DNA of 64,000 nucleotides from Lingula anatina. Its lineage: Eukaryota; Animalia; Brachiopoda. The notes below the pieces were generated by a model, which ran no database searches, had not been told where the DNA came from, and saw nothing but the letters and a program-made list of their open reading frames with translations. The stretch is from positions 46,320,401 through 46,384,400 of the forward strand of contig CM120641.1 in NCBI GenBank assembly GCA_051362555.1. The letters run 5' to 3'. The position numbers and the translations under genes were made by a program. Positions 30,925 to 44,092 of the stretch are shown piece after piece; positions within the stretch are counted from its first letter, which is position 1; each line of letters begins with the position of its first letter.

Positions 30925-32959
30925 TTCATTTATTTTATATTTTGGTGACTTCTAATGATTCAAAGTTTAAATGGGGATGTAGGCAGTTTAAAAAAGCTAG
31001 ACCGTTCGGTGTCCAAAACGAAAGAAATGGCAGATATCAGGGCAGACATTCTGAATGATCTTGATGGTTCACTTAAATTACCCCGATATGATATGTGTCC
31101 GCATTTTCAAGTTGGAAGTACTTATAGGCTTCCATAAACCAATCTAGAAATGCTAACCGCTAATTTTCTTTGTATCTTTGATCTTTGTATTACGAAAGAT
31201 ATGGAATTCAAATTAAAATCAGGATGGTTGAAATTGCCATTTTTTCTGTTCCAAAACGAGTTTTGTGGCGTATAATATACAATAATACAGTTTAAAGATT
31301 TTGGAGTAAGTTTGATAATGCATTTAAAACAAGACAAATCTAGTTATCTGGGGTGTCACACCAGCTACAGGAGCTCACAGTCTGGAGTAAAAATGTTGAA
31401 TATCAAGTATTCACGCGTAAATAAAGTACGTCTTATCAATTCCCATAGATCTACCTGTGAAGGCATGAGAAATTTAAGATAACATCTTTAGGAAATACAC
31501 TTGTATAGAATAATTATTAACAGTTATTTGTTTTCAACTGATATAATTTAAAGTTATCAGCTTGTACCGGTTTCCATCTAAAAAAAATCAGAAATATAGG
31601 CCGAGGTCTCAAACCAATGGCGTCATACCAGTTATATTAACCACACAAACCTTATCCTGTAAAAAGTGCCCTTTATCAATAAAACTTTACTTAAAAATAT
31701 TATTTCTAATTTTGACAGACAATCTTTTTATATAAAGAGCGGATATAGCAGGAAATATTTTTGAATTTGGGGTGCGCTTAGTGAATTTTCAGTTTACCAT
31801 TATATACTGCTTCAACCATTAAGATCAATGTTACTTTGCAGCCCGTATATACAAAATAATTCAAAACCTGAACGCGAACATATATGTATAATGGATACGT
31901 GAGGCTAGTAAAGAGGGTTTCCACACAGCCAGAATGGACATATTAACTCACTCTACAAAAAGAATTACATTATTTATTTATCATTAACTTGTAGAATTTG
32001 ATCATCCTTGATACAGTTCATTAGGCCTAAAAATATCCAATAATTAATAGATATACGTGGTACGTAACTTCCTTTTTGCCTTCAAAATTCTTCAGAATAA
32101 CCCTTCGATTTGCCAAACTCGGAAGGGTTCCATAACAAGTAATATATATTCAACTGCCAAATTTTCTATAGTTTTAAATTCTTTAAAAACTACATAGAAG
32201 ACAAAATCAAACAAAGCAATTTTCAAAATGATCCTAGAAATTAGTACACTATACTTAATCATTGCAGTTGAATTTGAGGCATAAATAAGTAAACCGCAGT
32301 GTCTTCTGTGTCAAAGTTAATCCAATCTCATCTGTTGACTCCGCAAAGGATTTTATGAGATGTGACCACGATTCCAATGCACGATAGAGGCCTGCAGCCA
32401 ACATAATTAAGGCACACGAATCTTTGGCAATTTGTTAAATTGATAAAATGTGAGTCTTAGTTGATTGAACATGTAGAGCAAAGTACACATTAACATACTA
32501 TATGTGACGCATACGTTTTGTGTATGGAAGATGGCGACTCAAAGCCATATTGGACACGTAACATCCGTCGCCATTTGTCGAATAAAATACACTTGACTTT
32601 CGTTTATTTATCAGAACTATCATTGTTAAAGTTTAAATTTGGTCTACTATTTACACAGCTTTAATTTAGTTTTTTTTTTTTAATGAAATTTTATTCAAAA
32701 ATTATACTACAATAAATGACAAAATCAATCTCAGTTACACACAGAAAGTCTACAAGCAATTGATTTATCTTCATGTTAAGGGTTCATATACCCCCACATT
32801 CAGCACATTAAAGAGAAGTTTTAAAATAATAAAGCTGTACTTACGCAATGTCAGAGTGGCAGAGCGCTTGGAACTTGTTGGGGCAGAGTTGCAGTTGACG
32901 TTGGCCAGGTGAAGAAAGATCCATATCAGCACCCATAGTGCGGCCAAGCGGCCGTTCAT
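28711..32959 (-). CDS. Uncharacterised secreted precursor protein, ~312 aa (signal peptide, helical glycosylated domain, polybasic cleavage sites)
   Basis: Exons (minus): 32959-32845 (MNGRLAALWVLIWIFLHLANVNCNSAPTSSKRSATLTL, phase-1 GTAAG donor), 30173-29493 (681-nt open exon, phase 1/1) and 28853-28711 (GPTPSTTRKKRSPETAENPPERIRRVRRSISPEKKKVYEAIKRERGF*). Phases are consistent (939 nt). Four N-X-T sequons; upstream TATAAAG at 33147-33141. Confidence 0.7.
30177..30222. repeat. (ATATA)n pentanucleotide microsatellite at a splice acceptor
   Basis: aatataatataatat... run abutting the minus-strand acceptor at 30176-30174. It explains the YIILY repeats in ORF 29464..30342. Confidence 0.9.
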
Positions 32960-34500
32960 ATCCCGTCCCACCTACAGCTTGCTTTTATTTCTAAGCCGAA
33001 ATTAAAATCACCAGGCGTCCTCAAACACTCGCTTACTGTTCAAGAACAACCGGTAGTTTGGTAAAAAGCGAACAACTATGATGTTGGAGTGTAACATTAA
33101 CAGCACTGAAAATGTGACAGAGTGGGCGGTGCGCTTAGGTCTTTATAGACTGCTGACGCAAACCCGCATTGCTGAATATTTGACATATATTTGCCTGCTT
33201 CAGCCATTCACGCTATTGATTCATGATATTAAGGAGGAGGAAAACGGTTTGCTTTACGTATGTTCACTCCAAACGTCTCAATCCTCAGAGATTACTGTAA
33301 AAAACATGATTTTAATCGTCCTCTATGTGTACAAAACATGTTGTGCCATCAAACGTCATTTTATTCCAGGAGTTCCAGGAATTGGTGGGCGTTGATTAAA
33401 TTTTGACAGACTGGATACTAACAGCTAACAAATAAAAAAAATTGGTCAAAACAAATACTGTAGCCCCTACACAAAACTATATCAGTGAAAGTGATAGTGA
33501 AATGACATCAGTTTTATGTTGAGACAAATATGAAATTCAAATTTTCAAAGGGTTCGGAAAAGTGGAATGCTTTAAAGATGATAACCGGTTGTCCGTTGCA
33601 GTTTTGCATTTGAATGAAGAGACACTTAGTACAACTGCAACTTCAAGTACAACTGCAACTGCAACTTCAAGGCCATATACACATTATTTAATTACTTCGA
33701 AATAACTTTCTTTTTGACAAATTGCATTTGATTATAATTTTTCGTAAAAAAAATACGTTACCACTTTGGCTAGTGTGTGTTAATTCACATCTTTTAAACA
33801 TTTCTTTTCGGCCGCAAAGTAAGGTCGGGCCAAATTTGATTAATGCAAATGTTTGTATAAATTATTCAGATTAAACAAGTATAGTTCATTAATTTCATCC
33901 GTTCCATTTGGATGAAAATGTATTGATTCGAAATTTCATATAATTGCTACGGCCATATGACATAGATTGATTAATGATGAATTCAGATATCAAGGAAATG
34001 TAGATTTATGAAGGGAAAAGTATTGAAATCTTTATCAGAATTTGTTTAAGTAAATTGCGATGTGTGCGCGTGCTTTTAAGAAATCATTCTTCAAACGTGA
34101 TAACTTCGAGTCCCTTCAGTTTTTTATTATCACGGTTCATTTAAAAACACATGTATGATTTAATTTTTCATTAAGTTTGGAAAAGTCTTCACATTTAAGG
34201 AGAAAATACTTTGTGCAGATGACTCTGTGGTATTATCTTCTGATGTAAAACAGAAAACATGTTATTGTAAATCATTTTAAAGATTATTATGTTTCAAAGG
34301 TGAAAACAGACATTATTTATAATTTTGATTCTTCAATTCAGTCTTCAAAAACACAATCCAGTTAGGATTGCAATATAGTTCTCTTTCGCATTTCAAATAT
34401 TTACAGAATGTTTTCTGTGTTTCTGATATTTAATAAAAATGGTCAACATTTGTATTTTAAGCTAGGTAATTGGGCTTACATATTTGTGTATTTTCTGTTT

Positions 34501-34746
34501 TTACCTCCGCCAAGGAGGTTATATTCTCACTTCCGTTTGTATGTCTGACTGTCTGTTTGTCTGCCCGTCACCGGCCGAACTCATAAGGTAAAAAATTATG
34601 GATGAATTTTGATATAATTTTCATGAGAGATGAGAAATGGGCTAACTGAAAAGTACTTTTGGTGATGAACCATTACCTAATTAATTAATTATTGGTTTAT
34701 TATTTGCCTTGACGGAGGTGTCCGCACACTGTGTGTTTTTCTAGTT
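34501..34746 (+). mobile_element. Non-autonomous Helentron-associated element (HINE / DINE-1 / pearl-like)
   Basis: 5' TTACCTCCGCCAAGGAGGT (subterminal repeat plus short inverted copy), then a GTCT-type microsatellite, 3' CCTTGACGGAGGT subterminal inverted copy and ...TCTAGTTTT end; inserted in T-rich sequence. Confidence 0.75.
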
Positions 34747-35740
34747 TTTTTTATATATAATTCCTATCAAGTCCATTGCTCCAACCAAGCAGGCGACAAA
34801 CCGGGAAAAGTTAAGATTTGAGCCATATCATTTCAGAACAATACACACTCATATCTCTCTATCAATTCTTTTCTTTTTTATGTAAAATGTCAATAAATTG
34901 TATATGCCACCATGATCGTTCATACAGATGGTTATTATGCAGATAAGGGAGGGGGAAGAGCAGTAACAGGTGGCTTAGACATAGAGAAATCAATAATTGA
35001 TCAGGATGTTTAACTAAGTTCTAATCAAACTTACTGATGTTTAACCAAACTGGCCAAAGCGCATAAATCCGATAAATGTTTAAGCTGAAAGCGGATTGCG
35101 CGCCAATAACAAACAAACGTCTGACAAAAACGTCAACATATTTATCTAAATGAAACCCTACGACAAAAATAAGGCACCAATGCTTTATTTGAATATCATG
35201 CTCCAAGATAGCTATGGGCACTTGTGAGCATGTAAAATATGCACAAATAAACACGTGTTAACGGTACATTAGAGTGAGAGCCCCCGCCCCCTGTCCTTTC
35301 GCTTGCTTCCCTCCCACATAAAATTTGCTTCCAACGCGCTTGATCTGGTATTCAAAAATTAGTCTTGACAGCTTTTACAGTGTCTATGTGGCAATCAGTA
35401 TAGAATGGTCCAAGCTCATGATGCCAGAATTAGGTGTTTGTTGCCATTTGACAGATGCCTGTCCCAGCCTCTATTAAAATGATAATTACATTTTCAATGG
35501 TATAGCAATATGCAATACTGTCATTTTTTTTGAACGCGTTGTGTCAGAAATAATAAAGAATCTTGGCTGAATTGATTAAACCCTGCATGTTAAATTAATG
35601 AAAATCACAAGACTGGAACAAATTTTTTTGTGCGTAACTGATTATCATAACATTTTGGTCACGCCACAGGACTCTTCTCAATCATGCAGATAACCATTTT
35701 GATTTCACACTCAAGTAGTAAAGCAGAGAAGTGAAATTCC

Positions 35741-35782
<42 letters not shown>

Positions 35783-38610
35783 TGACCCTGATCCTGTCAC
35801 ATGTGTTTTATTAAAACGTCAATGTGCAATGCTTAGAACATTTGGAGAGAAACTTTTGTAAATGTGGCCCCGTACGAATGGAATCAGTTACCACGGATAC
35901 CAATAAACATAAGCTGAGCAGATGATTTTGAAAAAGAACTGATTGAGTGAATTCAGCGAAAACTTCAGTGAAATTAATTTTTTTTAATATGATTGAACTA
36001 TTAATACACTTTAACCTAGAGAACATTATAATTGGGGATTTTTCTCTGCACTTTTAATATCATTGCTTTTCAGTTAAAAATAATCCTTTTAACTTTTTTT
36101 TAATTAAAATTGTTAAGTCTCCAGAACATATTTTCCGAGTTTTAGACTATTATTATCATTATTATTATTATTATATTTCTGCTCTACGATCTTTTATCCG
36201 AACACCACTGTATACACAGGGATGATACAAGAGATACTGAATCAATATTAGAGGCAAAACCATAAGAAACTACAAATTTTATTGAATTCTGTTCAGTTAA
36301 TTTTGATTGCTGAAATCAATATATGTATAGTAACAAGAATAATGGTGTTTTTTAAATTATTTTTATAATTATATTGGTCATTAATATTCACCATCAATGC
36401 CTGCTACACCTGCTTGTGTCTAAGGTAGCGGCATGTCTCGATAACTCACGCTCGCAGATGTTTAGATAGGTTCCCATTGTTCTCTTATTTGTTTACGCTT
36501 TGCCTCTGCCGCTCGTCTCTTACTTGTTTTGGGCCTTTCTCATTCTCTCTTCTCGCCAAGTTTCCAATGAACTGCTTTTTTTTTCGTGATTGCAATTTAT
36601 GGCTTATTGTTCTCACATTTATGCTTTTTAGATTTACTGTGAGGAGAGCTAGTTTTTCTTGTCATTGTTTCTGTAATTCGTGTAGATCCTTTCGAGGAAA
36701 TTCAGTCGAGGAAAATTGCTACAGACTTCTAAAAGCCTTCTGCTTTCGATTTCCATGAATTAGTTATTTCAATCAACATGTATTACGTCAGAACAGTACA
36801 AAACTGGGGCAGGAAACGCAAGTAAAATATTCATTGATTTGATGTAAAATGCGGTTTCCTGAAATTAATACTTGTCATAGTAACGAAACAAGGCCCCGTT
36901 TAATAAAAGATGGCGCCTTGAGCAACAGAACAAATTCTGCAAAACACTACATGGATATCGTTGATATAATTACTCCATGAAATGTAATAAGATCAAACTT
37001 TTGATACTCTCTGCCCGTAGCGCGTCTCATGGCGCACTCTGTTTAATGATACTATTGTCTAAACGCGTTTTTCCTGATCTTTTTCCCCCCACGAGGTTGT
37101 GGTTCCACATCAGTCCACTGCCTTGACAAGCTACCCTTCGTGTACGATCAGATATGTCCGTGGCTTTCTCCTTTGGCAATCAATGTCATTTAAACATAAA
37201 ACTTGCTTTATTTTCAGACACATATTCACCTGTAAGCCTTAAACATAATACCCATGTTCAGTTATGCTTAGGACACGTCCAGGCAAATGTGTCCTCCGTG
37301 TGAGAGTGAGACAGGGGCATTATGCATTGACCTTCCACCAAAACTGCGTTTTGCTCCAAAATATCGAATTTTCTACTCTATATGGTTAGTACAAACACCG
37401 AAGTACAAAACTGTGTATTTATATCTTCTATATTTCTGCTGACACAGAACTTTGACAGAAAGCTCTTAGCTCTTTATTTCAGTTTCAATCACAACCATAT
37501 ACACATGCCTCTAAATTGCCACTAACATCTATTTTCATTGAAAAAAAAATGTATAAAAGTTGTAGAAAGTGTAAGGACGGACTGAAATTTTAAATTTAAA
37601 GTTAAAACTGCATTAGGTAGCGGAAAATTGTTCATAAATAATTTATAAACCTGTTATCTGTTTTATCACAGTTCCACCAATGCAATTACGAAACCAATAT
37701 AAATAAAATATGAAATAAATAAATAAATAAATAAATAAACCAAATTCCACCAAAATAAACGCTTCTCATTAGATGAAAAACAAAACTATAACTACTTAAG
37801 AAAATAGCTTAATAAAAATCCTTGAAATGAAATAAGTTAAAAACCTTCACCTTTCATTTTGTCAGACACTATGCAACAGAACTTGGCCAGATCATGCATG
37901 AAAAGTAATGGTGGCTATTATCATTATAATACTGCAAATATGCTGGGAATTCTTTAAACTAAGTCACTGAATATCAAATAAAGCAGAAAAGACTGGTGCT
38001 TACGGTAATGTCAAAATGTTGCTTTTCTTATGTTCAGAAAATTCTAACTCTCACCAATAGGCATACATGTAACAATTCTACCATACATTAAACAAGCTGA
38101 TTCTTAAGAGATTAATAGCCTCATACTGTCCACGTTCACAAATCTATCTGGGTGAGATATCCATATCTATCGAAGACAGCCCGAATTAATTTAGAAGTTG
38201 AGATGACCATAAGTCAATACTGGTCTCAGTCGAGATTAAAACCTGTCTTTGCTAAAGACTTAAATAGTCTAATTGTATCAAAATTAGAGCAAAATCAATA
38301 ATATGTTTGTGTATAAACTTTTTAAAAACATTAAAATATTTACCTTTTTTCTTAGTCATATCTAGAAAATGTTTTATCATATAGACCTGTGGAGAAAGAA
38401 AAGCTGCAACAAGTGCCATTATATTTGGACGGAGATGAAGCTTAAATCAGTGCACAGGCATTATGCATAAATCTACTCAATGAACGTGACTTGTAGCATA
38501 ACCAAGCTGCCTATTAATTTTTAATTTTCCACTATATAATGTTCATCTTGCTCTTGATAAACTTGGACTTCTGACAAGTGGTAACAGAAAAGTGAAAGGA
38601 ACAAGACTGA

Positions 38611-40605
38611 TTATGCTAAACCAGCAATTTTCAGGTAAGTGTCCCCTCCCCCTATAGCAAACAGCCGTCCTCCCTTGGTACTGTCCATGGCTTGCACTGC
38701 CTTGGTCATCTTGACCTCCCCGAGACACTGAAATGACAACAGCAGCAATGACAAACAAAAGTTTCTATATAAACATTATGATTAAAAAATCACCACTGTT
38801 GGAGTAAGTCATCTTGAGCTTGATGAGGCTCATTTTTCATGCATTTGTATCACAAATTGATAAAATGTTATTTTAAAATCCATATTTCAAAACTTTTGTG
38901 GCCTCCTATGGTTTGGGAGTATGCCAACATATCTTTTAATATAACAGAAAATTTATCCAGATTACAGGGATAACAACTGTTCATTTGGGTTGTAAAAATT
39001 CCACAAAACATATTTTCCTGGGGTAAATGATGATTTCCCCATATTTACCAATGGTTAATAAATCAGTTCCAACATTCAGAGTAAGTCCATGTTTGAAGAA
39101 ACGTTTGGTGTTTGTAATAATCTATTAAGAGGTTATTACAAGGGTTACACTGCCATCTATGAAGGTCCATGTGGTCTTATGGCAATTACAGATTCCAGAT
39201 ACTTGCGATAATTTATTATATTTGTACGTGCTGAAACAATGTATTTATTGTGGAATTTTGAATCTCATACAAAGAGTTGTTATCCCTTGACAATTTTCCT
39301 CAAGATCTTCCCTTTGTTTTCTAAGAGAAATTCAAACAAATTGCCTGAGACACAAAGACACAAACAGTTTTTTTTTATTCCACACAAAGAAATAACACTG
39401 AATTATTCATAAGGAGTTCATGAACTAGGTTACATTTGTAAATATAGAGACCAATCCTTAATATGAGATCAATTCACCCAGATTATCAAAGAGAGCTTAA
39501 CTCAAAAAATCCCTTCAAATTTTGCTGTAGAACATCAAATAATTATTTTCTTTATTTTTCTTATAGAAAGAAAACAACTCCCTTTGCAATTGTTCTAAAC
39601 AAAATCCAAAGACAATTCCCTTAGTTTCTTAAAATAAGCTCTCTTAATTTTCTCAATAAAAAGACCTTGAAACCAATGCCCCAGTATAAAGACACAGGAC
39701 TAGAGTTATATACCAGATCGACAAATAGAATTTCTCCAAGTCTCAAAAATAAATCAATCAATAAATAAATAAATAAAATCCCCAAAATAATTTAAAAAAG
39801 AATTTATTCTTTCACCCCTCACCTCGCCTGTAGTGATATTGATAGCTTTAGCACTCTTGGTCCCACTTCCTCCAGCAATCACCACATCATTCTCACAGAA
39901 CTGGGCACAGTACAAGTACTGGCCCTCCCCGTTATCAGGGAAAGGAATGTTCTGCTGCAGTTTGCCTGTAGAGTAGTCAAAGATCTGCAGAGCATTGTGG
40001 TGAGTCCATGAGCCAGTTAATATTTGGAAGCCCTGGAAAAGATCAACTGATAAGTCATAAATCATTAAAACATTCAAGTTTTGTCAAAGGATAAGGGCTA
40101 TTATTTGTTGCTTGCTATGAGGAAGAAATTGTGCTTTCTAGGTGCATGTATCACCTAATATTAACATCTATGACTTATCTACAGGACATGAAACCTAAGC
40201 ATAATCAAACTTCTAATCATAGCAATAATTTATCTATTTGGGGTCTTATTTCTGTAAGCCACAACCTTCAAAGGTATGACATGAGGTACTCAAGTTTTAA
40301 ATATACCCTACCAAGAGTTTTAATATGAATACTTACCCTGACATCCAATCCGTCCCCACAGATATGAGGTCCACCTATGGTACGCTTCACTCCATCTGAT
40401 GATCGCTTGTCCCAAACCTAAATCACAAGAAAATGTCAGGTGTTTTAATTTTTTTTCACCAAAGCCCCAAATACAACAAATTATTAATATATGTTTAATA
40501 TTTCTTCCTCAGTTTTCTCACATATATCTCTTGACATTTTTTTTAGAAATAGGACTCAAGAGGGAGTGTCAAAAGACTGAAATATTTATTCTGGCAAAAA
40601 TGTTC

Positions 40606-40649
<44 letters not shown>

Positions 40650-42527
40650 GTCAGTGATGTTTAAGAGAAACACTACTGTCAATGAAGACATGAGAGAAAG
40701 ATGAATCTAGTAATTGGAGAGCTTTCAGTCTGTTGATAAATGAAAAGTTTCGGGTGGTGTCATAGTGCTTCAAAATATTTAAGTTGGCAACCACAGGCTT
40801 AGGATAGCATTTTCTTTTTCATCCATTTATTTTTGTCAAATTCTACACCATATCTACTTATGCTAATTTTTTTTTATTTTTCTCACTTTCTTACAGATTT
40901 GGTTAATGCCCAGAACAAGTCTTCTCTCAAGCAATATAAAATTTGGCCAAATTCTGATCATCTTCTTATTTAGCTGAGGAAAACAAAATACACATTTTTT
41001 TTTAATTTTAGGTCAAGTCTACTCTCTACACAGTTCAAAATTTTTTGATTTGGTTAAAATTTTAATGCTTTTTGAAGGTGAGAAAATTATTTATTTAGAG
41101 TGATCCTAGTTAGTTACCTTCAGGTGATTGTCCCAACCTCCAGTGATGAAAATGTTATCATTTTCTGGATGGAATTTGAGGGCAAAGATCCTCTGAGCAT
41201 GCCCTACTCCCTGTTCCTCAGGATTAGGTTTATACTGGTGATATCCTTTATACTCTGTCACTAACTAGAAGAAAATACAGATTATCCTAAATATAGGTAT
41301 TTGATAGTATTTCAATTAGACTCAATTTAAATCTACTTTATTGGTAGACATATATATTGGACTCCATTTATCTGTACCCTAAGTGTTGGAAAAATTAGAC
41401 CTTATCCTTCTGTGCTTCACTGGTAGACAAATAAGTATCAAAAGTGTTATAACTAGTATTAGTTTTCATTGATGGCTAGAGAGTAATAATAATGAAGTAA
41501 GAATTTTTAAATAATAGCCACAGAAGAATTACTTTTCATGCCAGTAAACTTTAAATAAACATTTTGGGTATTTTGGCCCAAACTGTGTATTAATTTTCCT
41601 GACACCCTAAACAATAGCCCAGTGCCAGCCAACCACCATTGATTTTTATATTAAAAACTGTTACCTCTTGAGTCTTGGTGTCATATATTCTTATATCCAA
41701 ATCCTTGCCAGCTGTGGCAAAGGAGAAGCTATCCATGCTGAAGTCTAGACAGTTGATTTCATTGTGCTTCTCTGAAAACATAAAAATGTGGAACTCCAAG
41801 TAACTATTTTTACTGTCCTATATTACAATCTCAAAAGACTCTCTCACTTAGCATAAATTCATTTAAATTGTTTATAATTATTCCCAGCAAACTACATCTG
41901 TAAAGGTCTATGAAAAGCTTCTTGGTTATTAATTTTATTGCAGCATTTTTTGTACATCACATTTTTATCCTGTAACACATAATGATATTCGGAAACAACA
42001 AAGCATATTTGTCCAGAACAGAAATCAGCTTGGCAACCTGTGCAAATCAATTCAATCAAAACCAACCACCCATTAGTATTTACTTTGACCTTTGACAAAA
42101 GTTACCTGAAATAATTTCTGTGCACTCTCCTGTCTGTGTGTTACAGGAATATACATTACCATCCGCACCACCAGCAAACAGTATGTGCTGCTGTTGTGGA
42201 TTGAATCTGAGACAGCCTATAGGCAAACCACCGTATTTAGATTTCCTCAATTCCTGGACTGGGTTTCCAGTCAGAGCATCTAGTATCTAAAAATATAAAT
42301 AAAAAGAAATTAATAAATGGTGATCATGATTAATAAATACTTAAAAACTGTTTGTCATGACTGTGTATTACTTTTTAAAATCATAGTCTTTGTTACAATC
42401 TCGTAAAATTATAGTCTAGTCAACGTGATAGTATAAATTATCTACTAAGTGAATGTAATCTGAAAAGAAAATGTACAGAAACGTCAAAAAGTCAACATTA
42501 ACAATCACTAACACTTTTAAATTATTA

Positions 42528-42594
<67 letters not shown>

Positions 42595-43915
42595 CATACC
42601 TCAATACCACTATTTCCATACCCAACAGCAAGAGTGTTGCCATCATATGAAAACTGAAGACTGTAAATACCATCTCGTTCAATGTCACGCATTGATACTT
42701 GTTTGATGTTGTCTACTTTTTCTAAGTTGCTGGGCCATTGACTTCCTGAAGAAAGGTACACTAGATACTAACACCACTTTATCTCAAATACCATTTAAGT
42801 TATCAAATATATAAAATTTTCAGAGAACAGGAAAAGTACCTCTCTTAAATTTGGGTGACTGTCATTCATCACACAATTAGTGTCAGACTAAAAGGTTTGT
42901 AATTGTGACAAGTGACAAGACACTCATGAATATTTAGCAGTTTATGTAACTTCCAGTAACTTCGGAAGTCACGTGGTGAATTTGACCTTGTATTAGTATT
43001 CATTCACTGTGTGTGCAGAGACCAAGAGGCACGTGTGTTGTGTGCGGTTGTGTGCTCTAGGCGTTGTCCGAAGTTGTCTGTCAGGGTTAGTATTTACTTA
43101 TAATGTATCATATTTAGAGTTATTCATTATAAAAGATAACATTATATAAGAGAATACAAGCGCTATCTTGTTGTGACAGCGTAAGTACTAGTAGTTGTCC
43201 TATGATACCGATATTTGTCTCGCGTTCAGTTTCAGTATGTATGTAGCTTTGTGAAATAGGCCTTATTAAAATATACTCTTTGTACTTTTTCAGGGGCCTT
43301 ATATATGCTGTCTTCTTACATATGCCTTCTTTTTATATACCTTTTTATGCCACCGTCAAGCCGTTAAATGACTTTATATGCCACAATTGAACTGAATAAA
43401 CTTTTGGAAACTAATCATCTTTGTCATTGTTGCCATGCTATGAAAATATAAAAACACTCGGTTACATAGTGATACCACTTCCCTGCAATGGCATACGCTG
43501 CACTGGGGTAACAACATGAATATAAAGGAGCATTACAAAATTGAGTGTTCTTTATGTGTTGAACATTGACTGGATCAGTAAAATGCTCAAACAAATCCTG
43601 ACGTAACCAATCCCATGATAGTTATTCAAAGTAATGCAAAGAAATGCAACAGATGTCAGATGAATGAATTTCATCCTTATTTTGAAATAACAACTAACTT
43701 TAGGTGTAATCAAAAGGCATGAACTACAATTTAAAAAATCTAATAAAATTGGCGTGAAGGTCATATTTACATATTCAGTATATGAATACTAAATGTTTTC
43801 AAAACTGTGTGGCAAGGGCCCACATTAATGTGAGTTAGCGAGTCAGCCTGTCATGGTCACCTTGTTCTATCTGCTTTCCAGCTTGGATAGCTGCTTCCAG
43901 GCGTCTTCTTGACAT
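38611..43915 (-). CDS. Uncharacterised WD40-repeat protein, ~347 aa
   Basis: In-frame exons (minus): 43915-43861, 42745-42600, 42286-42106, 41771-41665, 41264-41118, 40417-40337, 40032-39823, 38727-38611 (TAA). WD repeats include INCLDFSMDSFSFATAGKDLDIRIYD, GHAQRIFALKFHPENDNIFITGGWDNHLKVWD, GPHICGDGLD and ILTGSW...LQIFD. A probable non-coding first exon ends at the donor near 45217. Confidence 0.88.
40608..40647. repeat. (CA)n microsatellite
   Basis: Uninterrupted CA run in a WD40 gene intron. Confidence 0.95.
42881..43466 (+). mobile_element. Probable solo LTR (BEL/Pao-like) in a WD40 gene intron
   Basis: TGT...GTTACA termini, more CpG than flanks, internal GTAAGT (43181) and TTTTTCAG (~43293), AATAAA (43395) near the 3' end. 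TAGTG occurs at both boundaries (42878-42882, 43467-43471), but the left copy overlaps the TG. Confidence 0.45.
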
Positions 43916-44092
43916 CGTTCTTTTGGTCTAATAGGGAACTAAAATAATTGTCATTCGAATTAAAATCGCATTCAAACTGCTTTTTTCAAAAATACGTTAT
44001 TTTCTCATTCTAGCTAGTCTGTACAGACAAATATTTGTTCTGGTAGTTCTATGTTTTGCTTGACCTGTCAAATACAAAACTTCCGTTTCAAC

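Noticed and set aside
32255-32391. Possible extra phase-1 exon of the orphan gene (RLYRALESWSHLIKSFAESTDE...)
   Set aside because: The acceptor is weak and the frame hits TAA before the best donor; exon 1 joins the 30173 exon in phase without it.
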